In this document: piece by piece, positions 17,500 through 27,514 of the stretch
Numbering within the stretch: the stretch's first letter is position 1
Layout: each line of letters opens with the position of its first letter
Source of the DNA: an uncultured Planctomycetaceae bacterium
GTDB lineage: Bacteria; Planctomycetota; Planctomycetia; Planctomycetales; Planctomycetaceae
DNA: 38,911 nt
Assembly: GCA_963976765.1 (NCBI GenBank)
Contig: CAXBME010000031.1
Location: forward strand, 62,001 to 100,911
Direction of reading: 5' to 3'
Made by a program: the position numbers and the translations under genes
The notes under the pieces: model-generated
The model's input: the letters and a program-made list of their open reading frames with translations, nothing else
Databases searched by the model: none
Told to the model about the DNA's origin: nothing

Positions 17500-19782
17500 A
17501 TGGAATCAGGGATCGAGACCATGACATTTCGCATTCGATGGCAAGGGACTGCCGCGGCTGCCCTGCTGAGTACGGCTCTTTTGTTGACCTCGGCTCCTGC
17601 TGAGGCGGAGCCGAGTCAGCCGGTCCCCGCCGAGGATTCGCTGCCGGTTCGGGCTCAAGTTGCAGCGTGGGAGTCTTATTCGGACAAAGCCCGTGATGCT
17701 GTCGGTCGACAGGACTTCGAATCTGCCGAAACACAGCTTCGCGCGGCCTTGCGACTTGCTCGCACGTTCCCGCAGCCAGATCAGAGAGTCGTGATCAGCC
17801 TCAATAACCTGGCGATCGTCCACAGCCAGCGAGGTCAGTTTGCACTCGCGACACCTCTACTGAAGGAAGCCCTGCAGGTCACCGTTAAACTCAACGGAGA
17901 GAATCACGCGAACACGGCCGAGTGCCTGTTCAATCTCGCGATCGTGCATCTGCAGATCAGAAAGATCGACGAGGCGATCGCGTATGCAGAACGTGGAGCG
18001 ACCATCACGGCGAAGCCTGACAAAGGCAGCCTCCCGGACTTCGCCGCGTGTCTGGTTCAGGCCGCTCAGATTCTCGCTCAGAAGGGCGATTCCCAACGGA
18101 CCGAGAAGGTCCTGCTGCGATCGGTCGAGGTGACACGGAAGCAGTTCGGGGCCGAACATCCACGAGTGGCCATCGCACTGGCCAGTCTCGCAACGCTGTA
18201 TCGTTCACAGGAACGGTTCGCGGCGGCAGAGAAGATACTCGTCGAAAGTCGCAGGATTCTTGAAAAGCAGGAGTCTGTGCCTCACTCAGCGCTGGCGCTG
18301 GTGCTGAACAACCTCGGGACAATCTATCAGGCTCAAGGGCGGCTTCAGAAAACGGAGCCGTTGCTGCGGAAGTCCGTCCAACTGATCGAGATCGAGCTGG
18401 GCTCGAAACATCCGCGCGTCGCCGCAGCAAAGATGAATCTGGCCATCGTCCTGGACGCACTCGACAAACGCGATGAGGCTCGCGTGCTACTGGAAGACGT
18501 ACTGCCCGTATTCCGCAGTCGGCTGGGATCGGGTCATGCGTGGACCCGGGAGTGCCAGCAGCGCCTGGACCAGCTCGTCGCCAGCCTCCAGAAGTCAGCT
18601 CAGCCGAAGGCCAGTCTGTTGCCGCCGGGGCTGGAGCTGTTGAATGACACGGCTCCGGAATCACGCGAACCACTGGCTGCATTCGACGTCGCGCGAAAAG
18701 GTCGGCCGCTGCTGGTTCCGGTGGTCATCGCGGGAAAGTCGTATTCGTTTATCATCGACACTGGCTCGGAAGTGACCGTCTTTGATCATTCTTTGAAGTC
18801 GCACCTGGAGCCGATTGATAAGTCAGTGCAGGCGGTAACGGCTGGAGGTCAACGCAAGGTCAATCTGTTCGTTCCCCCGGAATTCACTTTTGGAGCATTG
18901 GCGGTAACGGTCCCGGACCGAGTTGCGTGCACGGACCTGGCCCAGGTGAAACAGGTCACGGGACTGTCGGTCGCCGGGATACTTGGAATGGATGTGCTGC
19001 AGCACCTGATCCTGCAGATTGACTTTGACCGGGGACGGCTGAATGTGCTCAGCGAAGTTCCGGAGTTGCCTGGGAGAAGCCTCGAAATCTCATTCTTCCA
19101 TCATCGACTGCCGGTTGTCAGTGTCACACTCCCCGATGGCGAGTCGGAGTCATTCATCATTGACAGTGGACTTGGGATCAGCGGGACATTGAAGGAAGCG
19201 ACTTTTGATCGGCTCGCAGCGGAGAGGCTGGTGTCGCGGAAATCGAACAGCTTTGTAGCGACCCTTGCCGGTTCGCAGGAGACATCCTCAGGGTTCGTGT
19301 CGGGCATTAAGCTGGCCGGCTATGAGCACACGCCCGCCCGCATCAACCGTACCAGCTACAGCATGATCGGTCTGGGGATGCTGTCACGGCACGTCGTGAC
19401 GCTCGACTTCCCTGGCCGACGAATGCACTTGCGACGTGGCCTGCGATTCGGTGTTCCCGATCAGCAGGACCTCAGCGGTCTGCACCTGCTTTTCAGGGAT
19501 GGTCAAATCGTTGTCGACTCGGTCGACGCCGGCAGCCAGGCCGAACGTCAGGGTCTGAGGGCGGGCGACCAGATTCTCACCGCCGACAACGTGCCCGGCT
19601 CCGCCGAGTGGCTCTTTACGATCCGCGAACGATTGTCGAAACCTTCGCATGAAGTTGTCGTCGTCTATCGTCGTGACGGCCGAATCGAAACCGCCACGCT
19701 GCAGCTCGTCGGCGACGCAGAGACAAACAAAGTTTCGGCACCGCGAATCGCAACCGAGCGTACAGACTCAGCTGTACGGTGA
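17500..19782 (+). CDS. Secreted TPR protein fused to two retropepsin-like aspartyl protease domains and a PDZ domain
   Basis: Signal peptide; 42-aa TPR repeats (SLNNLA, HPRVA); IIDTGS and IIDSGL catalytic motifs with GILG/IGLG; PDZ segment VDAGSQAERQGLRAGDQI. The start may be 17521. Confidence 0.82.
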   Translation: MESGIETMTFRIRWQGTAAAALLSTALLLTSAPAEAEPSQPVPAEDSLPVRAQVAAWESYSDKARDAVGRQDFESAETQLRAALRLARTFPQPDQRVVISLNNLAIVHSQRGQFALATPLLKEALQVTVKLNGENHANTAECLFNLAIVHLQIRKIDEAIAYAERGATITAKPDKGSLPDFAACLVQAAQILAQKGDSQRTEKVLLRSVEVTRKQFGAEHPRVAIALASLATLYRSQERFAAAEKILVESRRILEKQESVPHSALALVLNNLGTIYQAQGRLQKTEPLLRKSVQLIEIELGSKHPRVAAAKMNLAIVLDALDKRDEARVLLEDVLPVFRSRLGSGHAWTRECQQRLDQLVASLQKSAQPKASLLPPGLELLNDTAPESREPLAAFDVARKGRPLLVPVVIAGKSYSFIIDTGSEVTVFDHSLKSHLEPIDKSVQAVTAGGQRKVNLFVPPEFTFGALAVTVPDRVACTDLAQVKQVTGLSVAGILGMDVLQHLILQIDFDRGRLNVLSEVPELPGRSLEISFFHHRLPVVSVTLPDGESESFIIDSGLGISGTLKEATFDRLAAERLVSRKSNSFVATLAGSQETSSGFVSGIKLAGYEHTPARINRTSYSMIGLGMLSRHVVTLDFPGRRMHLRRGLRFGVPDQQDLSGLHLLFRDGQIVVDSVDAGSQAERQGLRAGDQILTADNVPGSAEWLFTIRERLSKPSHEVVVVYRRDGRIETATLQLVGDAETNKVSAPRIATERTDSAVR

Positions 19783-19848
19783 ATTCTGGAGATGACGGAT
19801 ACTTCCCTGCAGAAAGAAACTTAAAGCAATTTCAGTCATCGCCGTTTT

Positions 19849-20649
19849 CTATTCAGTCATTGATCTGACTTGATCAAACTCTTTCAGGCACCGTTGGCAG
19901 CAGATGCTGTGGACGACATTGTTGAGTTCGCGCTTCTCAAATGCGTCTTCCGGCTTCAGCCACATGCCGCAGGTTGGGCACTGGACCGTGCTGTCGTCTT
20001 CTGCCGGGGAGTCCTGCGCGTTGCAGGATTCGCAGAAACAGGATGGCCGACGGTAATGCTTTGTCAGGTAAACATGCAGAAGCTGATCGACGAGTTCTGC
20101 GGGGTCGTCGCTGTAAATGACTCGGGCACCGGTTTTCTTGTTACAGGCGGCAAGGATATCCGGGATGAGTGCCGTGATGCCTCCGGTGCCGCTGAGGACG
20201 CCGATCAGCTTTCCTTCGTCATAGGCAATCGCCAGTTCGCCGAGTGTGCCGCTGCTGCCACCCACGATCACGACGATGTCCGAGGTGCGGATGTTGACGA
20301 CCTCGCGACCCATCAGGCCGCTGCCGGTGAAGATCAGCACGTCGTGAAACTCGGAAGGAGAATGGTACTTGTGCAGATGCTCGTCCAGGCTGAGGCCGGG
20401 TGAGATGCCGATGACAAGGCCTCCTGCTTCGCTGGCTCCCCTTGCGGCAGCCAGCGGGAGTCCCGGACAGGCTCCCGTCACGGTGATGCACTGGGCCTTC
20501 GCGATCGCGGTTCCCAACCTCTGGGATTTAGCGAGGTGCTCCACTGGGGTGCTGTCCGCCGCGCTGCCCATGACTCCGATCTTCAGCCGCATGGCATTTG
20601 CCGGAGTGCTGGCTGTGGACGAATCGGACGGCGTTTCTGAGGAAAACAT
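19849..20649 (-). CDS. LOG/SLOG-family protein with a C-terminal Cys-rich YHS/TRASH-like domain
   Basis: IGVMGS, TGACPGLP, GISP, GSGLMGR, GGSSGTLGEL; C-terminal CPTCGM...CCQRC. Start set at ATG 20649 (AAGGGG RBS); the ORF track starts at 20703. Confidence 0.8.
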   Translation of the reverse strand: MFSSETPSDSSTASTPANAMRLKIGVMGSAADSTPVEHLAKSQRLGTAIAKAQCITVTGACPGLPLAAARGASEAGGLVIGISPGLSLDEHLHKYHSPSEFHDVLIFTGSGLMGREVVNIRTSDIVVIVGGSSGTLGELAIAYDEGKLIGVLSGTGGITALIPDILAACNKKTGARVIYSDDPAELVDQLLHVYLTKHYRRPSCFCESCNAQDSPAEDDSTVQCPTCGMWLKPEDAFEKRELNNVVHSICCQRCLKEFDQVRSMTE

Positions 20650-20699
20650 TGCATGGTCCCCTTGAGTGACTGTTTGAAAACCTGCCTGGAAGTCGTGTG

Positions 20700-20714
20700 G
20701 CAAACGTCATGCCG
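20700..20714 (-). promoter_or_regulatory. Putative sigma54 promoter of the LOG-family gene
   Basis: Minus strand CGGCATGACGTTTGC, GG-N10-GC, about 50 bp upstream of ATG 20649. Confidence 0.6.
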
Positions 20715-21024
20715 CCGACACCAGGTCATTTCTTCCCGTGACATTGCTGCGACGTGACAGGTTGAGAACGGCGCTCGGGGCGAATTCGCTCCTGGCGTGA
20801 GCGAATTCAGCCCCGGTTTGCCGCCACAGGTCACAGAATCCAGCAGGTACTGGCTTTCCGGAATTGTGGCATCAGGTTTGCGTTGGCGATGCACGATTGC
20901 CAGCCGGTGGCAGATCGTTGATTCGAACCAGTGACCAGTTGAATTTTTCCCGATGATGAAAGACCGCCGCCGCCCATATCTTTGATGGCCAGCGGGAGAA
21001 TGTGCGGTCAGGCTGCATCCAACG

Positions 21025-22077
21025 TCATTCGCGTGGCTCGTTGCTGCCGAATGAAGTGGCGGTCTCGTCGACTGCGGACATCTGCCGGAAAGGACGTCCG
21101 GCGTTGTAGAGCTCGAGTCGTGCTTCGATCGGTGTTCGGCTGTCCTCATCCGCGAGCTCGATTGCCTGGGTGGCCCGTTTCACGGCCTCCTCAAAGCCAC
21201 CGGCTTCAGCATGCGCGGCGCCCAGCGTGTCGAGATAGTGGGCGCTGGTGAAACCGGTGAGTTCGCAGGCTTTCTGTGCCGACGTTACTGCTGCCGTCCC
21301 GTCCCGCAGGTCGTCTTCGGAACATGTGGCCAGCAGCCAGGCCAGGTTGTTGTGTGCCAGCGCAAAGTCAGGGAACAGCCGGATGGCGTGCCGGAAGTTC
21401 TCGCGGGCTTTGCGGAAGTCTCCGAGGGCGTATCTCGATGAGCCGCCTGCTTCCCATGCCGGCGCGAACTTCTCGTCCAGCTCGAGAGCCGCACTGAAAT
21501 CGGCGAGTGCCTGTTCGTGTCGCCCGGCCGCCTGGTGAACCAGTCCGCGGTTCGTGTAGACCTCCGGAGTCTTCGCGCCGAGTCTCAGGAGTTCGTCAAA
21601 GTCTCCCAGAGCCTTTTCAAACTGGCCCAGTTTCCGGTGCAGGTTTCCGAGATCATTGAGCACGGCCGGGTTCTTCGCGTCGTGCCGGTGAGCTTCCTGC
21701 AGGTCGGCCAGGGCCGGCTCGAGTTCGTTCTGCCGGAGCCGGAACACCGCCCGCTGATGATACGTCTCGGCGGAAGGCTTGTCGGCGACGGCTGTGTCGA
21801 AGTGCTCGGCGGCTTCCGCGAAGGGAACGGTATCGCTGTGGTGGACCCAGCCCTTGCGGGCGGCGAACCACAGCCATCCGTTTGTCTCCTCGGTGATGAG
21901 CAGGCGGTCGGCCAGTCGGACCTTGCCGATCACATCACCGCCCACACGCACATCCGCGACCCACTCGATCACGGTGTAGGGCTGACCGGCCTCACGCTCC
22001 GTGTCATCGGCCAGGTTCCGGTCGGTCGAACTGGCGAGAACTGCGATGAGCAGCACGAATGTCGCTGAAGTCCGCAT
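21025..22077 (-). CDS. Secreted tetratricopeptide-repeat protein with an N-terminal SH3b-like segment
   Basis: Signal peptide MRTSATFVLLIAVLA; NGWLW...GWV; several TPRs; AHNNLAWLLATC...LDTLGAAHAEAG. Start at 22077 with GGAGA RBS; the ORF track starts at 22212. Confidence 0.8.
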   Translation of the reverse strand: MRTSATFVLLIAVLASSTDRNLADDTEREAGQPYTVIEWVADVRVGGDVIGKVRLADRLLITEETNGWLWFAARKGWVHHSDTVPFAEAAEHFDTAVADKPSAETYHQRAVFRLRQNELEPALADLQEAHRHDAKNPAVLNDLGNLHRKLGQFEKALGDFDELLRLGAKTPEVYTNRGLVHQAAGRHEQALADFSAALELDEKFAPAWEAGGSSRYALGDFRKARENFRHAIRLFPDFALAHNNLAWLLATCSEDDLRDGTAAVTSAQKACELTGFTSAHYLDTLGAAHAEAGGFEEAVKRATQAIELADEDSRTPIEARLELYNAGRPFRQMSAVDETATSFGSNEPRE

Positions 22078-22145
22078 CGGATGTCTCCGGCAGTTCGTAA
22101 GAATGAGCAGTCGCCGATCCTGACAACGGGATTTCGACAGAAGGC

Positions 22146-22195
22146 AACAGAGGGAACGAAGAGAAGAATCGAGAGATTCTCCGTTCCCTTCTGTT
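22146..22195. terminator. Intergenic stem-loop (possible terminator or mRNA-stabilising hairpin)
   Basis: AACAG-AGGGAACG...AGAATC-GAGA-GATTCT...CGTTCCCT-TCTGTT nested inverted repeat just downstream of the Gly/His-rich gene. No clear U-tract. Confidence 0.35.
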
Positions 22196-22221
22196 CGCAT
22201 GACACAACTCACCGCACCGTT

Positions 22222-22593
22222 TCAGTGCCCGCCACCCCCGTGTCCGCCGTAGCTGTGTCCGCCATAGCCATGTCCGCCATAGCCGTACCTATGACCATAG
22301 CCATGCCCGCCGTAGTAGTGCGATCCCAGTCCGAACCCGAATCCCCAGCCGGGAGAGAAGTACGAGCCGTAGGAATAGCGGGGGTAGCTGTAGTAGCTCG
22401 GAGAACTGTAGTAGTAGCTGGTAGAAGACGGGCGGACGACCGAGCTGCCATGGCTGTGCGAGTACACGGCTGACGGGCTGATGCTCAGCGAGTACCCGTC
22501 TTCGCAGTAGTCATGGTCTGCCAATGCAGCCTCATGGACGCCCAATGCGAGCACACTACACACAATAGCTGTTGTGAGATTGAACCTGGTCAT
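22222..22593 (-). CDS. Secreted low-complexity Tyr/Ser- and Gly/His/Tyr-rich protein
   Basis: Signal peptide, GGAGGGG RBS, YYYSSPSYYSYP tract and GGHGY repeats (15-bp tandem units at 22241-22285). Confidence 0.75.
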   Translation of the reverse strand: MTRFNLTTAIVCSVLALGVHEAALADHDYCEDGYSLSISPSAVYSHSHGSSVVRPSSTSYYYSSPSYYSYPRYSYGSYFSPGWGFGFGLGSHYYGGHGYGHRYGYGGHGYGGHSYGGHGGGGH

Positions 22594-22685
22594 GATCCCC
22601 TCCGATCATCGCGTCGAGTACTGTTGGTAATTGTCAGGGTTGAGGGCTTCCTGCCGGTTCGTCGTCCATGTCTGCTCTCTCAGTT

Positions 22686-22700
22686 GCAACAAGTATGCCG
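22686..22700 (-). promoter_or_regulatory. Putative sigma54 promoter of the Gly/His-rich gene
   Basis: Minus strand CGGCATACTTGTTGC(A), GG-N10-GC. Confidence 0.6.
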
Positions 22701-22917
22701 GTCAGGACGATCCGGTCGACCACTTCGAGGACGTATTGGAATCGCATTTGCAAGACTGGGTGTGAGAGCTGTGATGTCTCCGTTTCCTGGGCGATTTCGG
22801 GCAGGAATTGGGGATCAGCGGAGATGAGTCGCCCGAAATCGCCCATTGACTTACCACCAATCGCTGATGCTTCGGTAAGGCGCTCAGCGATAGCCCTATC
22901 GAGTTCTGTGAGATGCA

Positions 22918-24462
22918 ATGCCAGGGACATTTGATGTCGGGGCCGATACCGGTCGAGTGAATCACGATTGTGGGACGCCTCTCTGTCACCGTTCGATTGG
23001 GACCCAGCTTCTGGTGGCTGTCAACACGGTGTGCATTTTGTTGGCGAGCATTCTGCTGACGGTCGATTATCAGCACGAAGTTTCGCGGCGAATCCGGCAG
23101 AAACACATCGCCCTGACCGAGGAGGCCGTGGCACTGCATGCAGCAGTCAGAGGCGTCCAGCATCACGGCCTCGAAGCGATCCAGCAGTACGTCGATGGCG
23201 TTTGCGAACGAATGGAGACGACGCATTCGCCCGGTCACCACATCGTCGTGCAGTTCGGGGATTATGTGCTGCAGGCGACCTCACATCATCAAGCGTCCGA
23301 CGAACTTTTTGAAAGCATGCAGTCAGCCGCTGCTGCCACAGACGGTCGTTCACAGTTTGGCGAGCAGGAGCTTCTCGCCAGCACCATGCGCGATGACAAC
23401 CTGCAGATTTTCATTTCGGAGTTCATTGATGTGGATCGACGCGAGGCTCGGTCAGACGCCCTGGTGCGACTCGGTGGCCTGGTCGTTGTCAGCGCGGTGG
23501 CGGCGCTGATGGTCAATCTTGTTCTCATGCGGTTGGTGGTCCGTCCCGTTCGACGACTTGTTGCGATTGTTGAGCAGGTCGGCGAGGGCAAGTTCAACAC
23601 GCAGGCCAGCGAGTTTCGCAACCGGGAACTGAGCGTACTCTCGACAGCCATCAATCGCATGCGAGACTCGCTGTCCGCAGACGAACAGCGCCGGCGGCGG
23701 AGTGCTGACAAAGCGCGGGCGATTCAGCGGCGGCTCTTGCCAGACCGAGAGGCTCTGCCGGGATGCGACGTGGTTGCTGTCTATCTGCCGGCCGAGGACG
23801 TGGCGGGTGACTTCTATGACTTTCACGTTCTGGAGGATGGATCGTGGCTGGTCTGTGTTGCCGACGTTACCGGACACGGCGTTCCAGCTGCTATGTCGGC
23901 GGCTCTATTGAAAGCCTTTCTGCTCGACGCCGCTGAGCGATTTCGTGACCCCGTTCAGATTGTCGAACGCGTCAATCACCGGTTTGAAGCAACGGCGCTG
24001 CCGGGTGACTTCGCAACATTGCTGCTGGTACACTACTCGCCGGAATCGGGTTGCATGTCGATCGTCAATGCGGGGCATGAACCGGCCCTGCTACAGAGGT
24101 TTGACGGTTCCATTGAGGAGATCAGTTCCACGGGATTTCCTGTGGGAATCGTGATCGACTCAGAATGGTCTGCCCAGACTCTGACGATGAACCCACTGGA
24201 TCGCCTGTTGATTACGACAGACGGAGTGACAGAGACAGCTGACGGCGATCGATCACTGTTTGGTCGGTCGCGGTTGAACGACATTCTCGCCGCGACTCGA
24301 CAGAACAAACTTCAGTCAGTTCTGACGAACCTGCAGGAACAGCTCGATACGTTCCGCGGAGAAGGGCCTCAACTGGACGACGTCACAATGCTGTTGTTGC
24401 AGTTCCAGACGGACGTCTCATGTCGCCAAACCGATGTCCGAACTGCTGAAACTCTCGTGTGA
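22918..24462 (+). CDS. Membrane-bound HAMP-domain PP2C (SpoIIE/RsbU-type) Ser/Thr phosphatase
   Basis: Two TM segments and a HAMP domain; ARAIQRRLLP, VAGDFYD, ADVTGHGVPAA, NAGH, TDGVTE, DDVT. Start uncertain. Confidence 0.9.
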   Translation: MPGTFDVGADTGRVNHDCGTPLCHRSIGTQLLVAVNTVCILLASILLTVDYQHEVSRRIRQKHIALTEEAVALHAAVRGVQHHGLEAIQQYVDGVCERMETTHSPGHHIVVQFGDYVLQATSHHQASDELFESMQSAAAATDGRSQFGEQELLASTMRDDNLQIFISEFIDVDRREARSDALVRLGGLVVVSAVAALMVNLVLMRLVVRPVRRLVAIVEQVGEGKFNTQASEFRNRELSVLSTAINRMRDSLSADEQRRRRSADKARAIQRRLLPDREALPGCDVVAVYLPAEDVAGDFYDFHVLEDGSWLVCVADVTGHGVPAAMSAALLKAFLLDAAERFRDPVQIVERVNHRFEATALPGDFATLLLVHYSPESGCMSIVNAGHEPALLQRFDGSIEEISSTGFPVGIVIDSEWSAQTLTMNPLDRLLITTDGVTETADGDRSLFGRSRLNDILAATRQNKLQSVLTNLQEQLDTFRGEGPQLDDVTMLLLQFQTDVSCRQTDVRTAETLV

Positions 24463-24527
24463 CGGGGGTCCGTCTTCCTGGACATCGACAGTAGACGAGT
24501 GTCGTTCCCTTCAGACGGATGTAGCCG

Positions 24528-26636
24528 TCACCGATCCCTGGAATCGTCGAGTTGTTTCAGGGATAGCTTCGCGGCTTCGCTGACGACGGCATTTTCATCG
24601 TTCAGGACATCCTCCAGAGCTTTGCGAATTTGAGGATCAGGGGACCGGGTCAGCCCCAGCGTGCGTGCTGCTTCGGCGCGGGTTCCCGCGTCGTCGAAGT
24701 GGAGTCCGGCTATCAGTTCCGGCTGGGCTGCGGCCAGAACATGAGCGTCATCCGGCAGGACTCGGACCAGCGCCCACGCTGCATGGAATCGCTCTAGTGC
24801 TTCCCGGCTCGAAAGTTGTTGCCGCAGCAATGCTCCAGTGTCGCGGGCCGCTGGTCCCATGCGCCCGGCTGCGTACAGTGCCGCGTGTCGGACGTGTGCC
24901 TCATCGTCTTTCAATCCGGCTGCAACCGCTTTCAACGTTTCAATATTAGTACGGGCGATTTCCACGAGTGCTCCCATGACGGCGATGCGGACCTGCGGAT
25001 TGCTGTCTGTTGCCGTTTTGACCAGCGCCGGCACGGCACGCTGGGCCAGGGAACCGAGGCGGCTCAGAGTTGCAGCCGATTCACGTCGGATCGATGGCGA
25101 CTCATCAGCCAGAGCAGTCGTCAGTAGCGGGACGACAACGTCCGCCCTGGCAGGATTCTCGGCATCAAGGGTGACGAGGGCCCAGGCGGCGGCGATTCGC
25201 ATCGCACTGTTCTGGTCACGTATCGCGGATTCAAGGAGCGGACTGGCGCTGCGAATTCCCAGCCGAGCCAGTGCGTAGGCTGCTTCCGGACGAACGGCGT
25301 CATCGGGCTGTTGCAGGATAGTCGTGACCGCAGCCTCGACGTCCGCACTAACGACACCGATCTGTGCCAGTGCCAGCACCGATTCCCGCCGAGCTCCATC
25401 ATCATCAGTCGAGAGAATCTGAAGTAACTCGGGGACGGCGATTTCAGCGTCCGGGCCGATGTCTGCCAGAACTCGTGCTGCCAGGCTGCGGATGCCAGGT
25501 TGCTTCAGCCGTTTTACCAGCCGCGGAACTGCCAGCTGCCCCACGGTGGCGAGTGACTCTGCGGCTGCGACGGTGACGGCTCCGGACGAATCTTCGAGAG
25601 CGGCATCGAGCGCTGCGATCATCTCCGGATCGTCGGAACCGATCGTGCCCAGGCTGCGGGCGGCGGCCAGCCGCACATCGACGTCATCATCCTGTAACAG
25701 AATCGTCAGCTCGGGGGCGGCAGCACCGGCATCGTGGCCAAACGCGGCGAGTGCATAGGCCGTGTGAACTCGCACCGGGGCGTGGCGATGCGAGAGTAGT
25801 CTGATGAGCGCGGGCACTGATTCCTCAGGGTGTGCGTGAATCAGTCCCAGCGCGCGCGCCGAGTGCCAGCACACATCATGATGGTGAGCGTGTTCTCCAC
25901 TGACGGCTTTGACCAGGGCAGGAACCGCGCTGGCTGCCAGCGGTCCCATTTCTCCCAGCGCGTCGCAGGCGCTCCAGCACACGGCTGGGGTTGAATGTCC
26001 GACGAGTTTTGTCAGGACCTCGACGGCGGGCTCGCCAGCTTCGGCCAGGGCCATTGAGGCTTCGGCGAGAACGGCATCATCACCTGCCTGCAGGACGTCC
26101 GTTAGAACTTCGATGGCTTCCGCGCTGCGGTTCCCGTCGTGTGGTTCGATACGAATGACGGCTCGCGCGAGTGCGATTTTGAGAAAAAGTTCATCCCAGC
26201 GTCTCAGCATCGCTGAGAGTCGCGGAACTGCCGGCGTTGCTGCCGATCCAATCTCCCCCAGCGCGTCGGCAGCGCTACGCTGCAACAAGATCGATTTATG
26301 ACTCAGCAGATTCGTCAATGGTTCGACCGCGTCCGCCGCCGCCGGACCAATCTGTCCGAGAGCCACTGCCGTGTCATGCTGCAACAGCACGTCATCAGTC
26401 TTCAGCAGATCGACCAGTTGCGGCACGAGGTCAGACGCGAGCGGTCCCCAATCAGTAACCTCATGAACGGTCCGTAGCACTATGTTTCTGTTCGGGCTCT
26501 CAAGCTGCTGCTTCAGTTTTTCAGGAACGAGTTCAGCTCCCTCACTGATACTGGGAATTATCGCAGCAAGGAGAACAAGCCCCGCCAGGCTCAAAATGGA
26601 TGGACGCTTCGCACTGGCATTTAATGAGACTTCCAT
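24528..26636 (-). CDS. HEAT/PBS-lyase repeat protein with a signal peptide
   Basis: Many AA.ALG.IG..A..AVP.L repeats. Start at ATG 26636 (AAGGA RBS) followed by a hydrophobic leader; the ORF track starts at 26735. Confidence 0.85.
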   Translation of the reverse strand: MEVSLNASAKRPSILSLAGLVLLAAIIPSISEGAELVPEKLKQQLESPNRNIVLRTVHEVTDWGPLASDLVPQLVDLLKTDDVLLQHDTAVALGQIGPAAADAVEPLTNLLSHKSILLQRSAADALGEIGSAATPAVPRLSAMLRRWDELFLKIALARAVIRIEPHDGNRSAEAIEVLTDVLQAGDDAVLAEASMALAEAGEPAVEVLTKLVGHSTPAVCWSACDALGEMGPLAASAVPALVKAVSGEHAHHHDVCWHSARALGLIHAHPEESVPALIRLLSHRHAPVRVHTAYALAAFGHDAGAAAPELTILLQDDDVDVRLAAARSLGTIGSDDPEMIAALDAALEDSSGAVTVAAAESLATVGQLAVPRLVKRLKQPGIRSLAARVLADIGPDAEIAVPELLQILSTDDDGARRESVLALAQIGVVSADVEAAVTTILQQPDDAVRPEAAYALARLGIRSASPLLESAIRDQNSAMRIAAAWALVTLDAENPARADVVVPLLTTALADESPSIRRESAATLSRLGSLAQRAVPALVKTATDSNPQVRIAVMGALVEIARTNIETLKAVAAGLKDDEAHVRHAALYAAGRMGPAARDTGALLRQQLSSREALERFHAAWALVRVLPDDAHVLAAAQPELIAGLHFDDAGTRAEAARTLGLTRSPDPQIRKALEDVLNDENAVVSEAAKLSLKQLDDSRDR

Positions 26637-26735
26637 CTGACGGTCCTTTTGAGCTGGGATTGTTCCCGAAACACGGTGGTAATTCTGGTTCATCAGGCAG
26701 ACGTGGCCACGCAGGCGCACACGTCGCCTTGACAC

Positions 26736-27410
26736 TCACCTCCGGAACAGGCGAGCGACCTCACTACGCAACGACCGCAGGAAACGATTCGCAGTCGCCC
26801 ACTGCGAGGGGTGCAGACTCTTGAACTGTCTGTCGAGGGTGGCCTGGAGTTTGAGAACGACCTTGTCTGTCTCGACAGCGATTTCCGGTCGACCGCGCGA
26901 ATAGCGCTGCAGCACGAGTAGTTCCTCCAGACGCTGTCTGTCGTCAACATAGGGCCGGGTCATGATTGCATCTGGCCACTTGATAAAGCCCGTAGCGGGA
27001 TCGAACTCGGCTGGACTCAATCTGGATCGAGCCGCCAGCTTCCGGCGTATCTCCAGGCGTCGCTGGAGTTCTTCCCGGCGACGTTCTTTTTCAAGGTTCT
27101 TTGCACCGATTCGTGATCGTTCCAGCGAGGAATAGGTATCTGCCCATTTTCGCTGGTTGTCGATGTATTTACTGCGTGCTTCTTCGTACTTGAGAGTCGC
27201 GTCGGCTGCTGCCCGTTGAGCTTCTGCTCGCGCCCGCAGTGCTTCGGCAAAACCACGATACGCAGCTTCCTGAGGAGTCGTGGCTGTTCCCCAGCCGTAG
27301 CCATAATTCCCGTATCCGTAGTAGCCCGCATAGGAGTCATTCCACTGAGCTCGGGCGGCGGTCACCAGGGAAATGGTGACCAGCAGCGTTAATGTGAGAA
27401 GCCTGCTCAT
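26736..27410 (-). CDS. Secreted hypothetical protein
   Basis: Signal peptide ending ARA, Gly/Tyr-rich stretch, helical charged body, RLSPAEFDPATGFIKWP; AAAGG RBS. Confidence 0.7.
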   Translation of the reverse strand: MSRLLTLTLLVTISLVTAARAQWNDSYAGYYGYGNYGYGWGTATTPQEAAYRGFAEALRARAEAQRAAADATLKYEEARSKYIDNQRKWADTYSSLERSRIGAKNLEKERRREELQRRLEIRRKLAARSRLSPAEFDPATGFIKWPDAIMTRPYVDDRQRLEELLVLQRYSRGRPEIAVETDKVVLKLQATLDRQFKSLHPSQWATANRFLRSLRSEVARLFRR

Positions 27411-27514
27411 GGCAATGGCCTTTCTCTTATTCTGAATAGCAATCCTACTCGCGAGTTCAGGTTCACCGTCGCCGGCACTTCACTCGCAGCAGGTGTTCGT
27501 TCTCATCTGGCTTG

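Noticed and set aside
22241..22285. 15-bp tandem repeat as a non-coding element
   Set aside because: Fully explained by the GGHGY peptide repeats of the overlapping gene.
22634..22930. 98-aa minus-strand ORF
   Set aside because: No motif; it overlaps the phosphatase start and the sigma54 motif of the downstream gene. It cannot be fully excluded.
7915..26735. Numerous 60-255 aa ORFs antisense or out-of-frame to the called genes
   Set aside because: Arg/Ser/Pro-rich, motif-free shadow frames expected in high-GC coding DNA.
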